A DNA stretch of 64,000 bases from an uncultured bacterium (GTDB lineage Bacteria > Fidelibacterota > Marinisomatia > Marinisomatales > UBA1611): assembly GCA_943788175.1 (NCBI GenBank), contig CALSPG010000006.1, positions 32,001-96,000 of the forward strand, written 5' to 3'. Below the pieces are notes generated by a model that saw only the letters and a program-made list of their open reading frames with translations, was not told the DNA's origin and made no database searches. Position 1 is the stretch's first letter. Every line of letters begins with the position of its first letter. Both the position numbers and the translations under genes were made by a program. Positions 63,670 to 64,000 of the stretch are shown one piece after another.

Positions 63670-63999
63670 TTAAGCTGTAAAATTTTTAGCAATCCTTTCA
63701 CCTTCATCGAAATCAACCCTAATCAGTATTAAACCTCCACCAATAAATAATATAACTAATGCAAATAAACCCATACGAGCATTTCCAGTGATTAGAGTTA
63801 CTGTACCCAATAAAACTGGTCCAACAACAGCAGAAAATTTTCCAAGCATATTATAAAACCCGAAAAATTCACCCTCTTTACCTTTTGGAACTAATCTTGC
63901 AAAGAGACTTCTACTAATTGCCTGTATTCCTCCTTGGAATAGCCCAATAATACCAGCGAGAATATAAAAATGTAGTTTCGAGTTCATGAAATACGCCGA
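63670..63999 (-). CDS. MFS transporter (UMF1/Atg22-like), 3' end (partial)
   Basis: QGGIQAISRSLFARLVP...EFFGFY...GKFSAVVGP; frame stays open to the window edge. Confidence 0.85.
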   Translation of the reverse strand, partial: SAYFMNSKLHFYILAGIIGLFQGGIQAISRSLFARLVPKGKEGEFFGFYNMLGKFSAVVGPVLLGTVTLITGNARMGLFALVILFIGGGLILIRVDFDEGERIAKNFTA

Positions 64000-64000
64000 A

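Noticed and set aside
1-64000. Genome-wide TGA reassignment (code 4 or 25) as the explanation for the readthrough
   Set aside because: TGA terminates murC, fabH, fabD, fabF and others at their expected C-termini, and Trp is encoded by TGG. The only internal TGA noticed falls at a catalytic Cys position.

Overview
This AT-rich (roughly 30% GC by eye), densely packed bacterial window is mostly housekeeping genes. Gene content (Por/T9SS-type sorting tail, DUF6029, DUF4295, FISUMP, DUF5916) suggests an FCB-superphylum marine bacterium such as Ca. Marinimicrobia; this taxonomy is an inference. Positions 1-24.8 kb are mostly + strand: the dcw cluster (murF end to ftsZ), rpmB, dusB, pruA, carbamate kinase, sucCD, ndk, a SPOR lipoprotein with an 18x9-bp acidic repeat, and yceD-rpmF-fabHDG-acpP-fabF-rnc. 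Positions 24.8-64 kb are mostly - strand: sugar-phosphate and isoprenoid genes, a DA1-like LIM peptidase, murQ, prmA, three tRNAs, gltX-glnS, peptidases, tyrS, smpB, a GTDC1/QTMAN-like glycosyltransferase, an NTT-HEAT-cNMP fusion and acs. The top finding is that two ORFs listed separately in the track (40354-40536 and 39052-40053, - strand) form one reading frame interrupted only by an in-frame TGA. That TGA sits at the catalytic position of a thioredoxin-fold motif (W-U-P-S-C) and is followed by a SECIS-like hairpin. This predicts a 494-aa secreted selenoprotein (signal peptide, UxxC redoxin, TSP3, dockerin, T9SS-type tail), encoded directly downstream of a TlpA and a DUF6029-like outer-membrane protein. 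Together they are a candidate trans-envelope selenium/thiol redox system. No CRISPR array, rRNA, integrase or transposase was seen.
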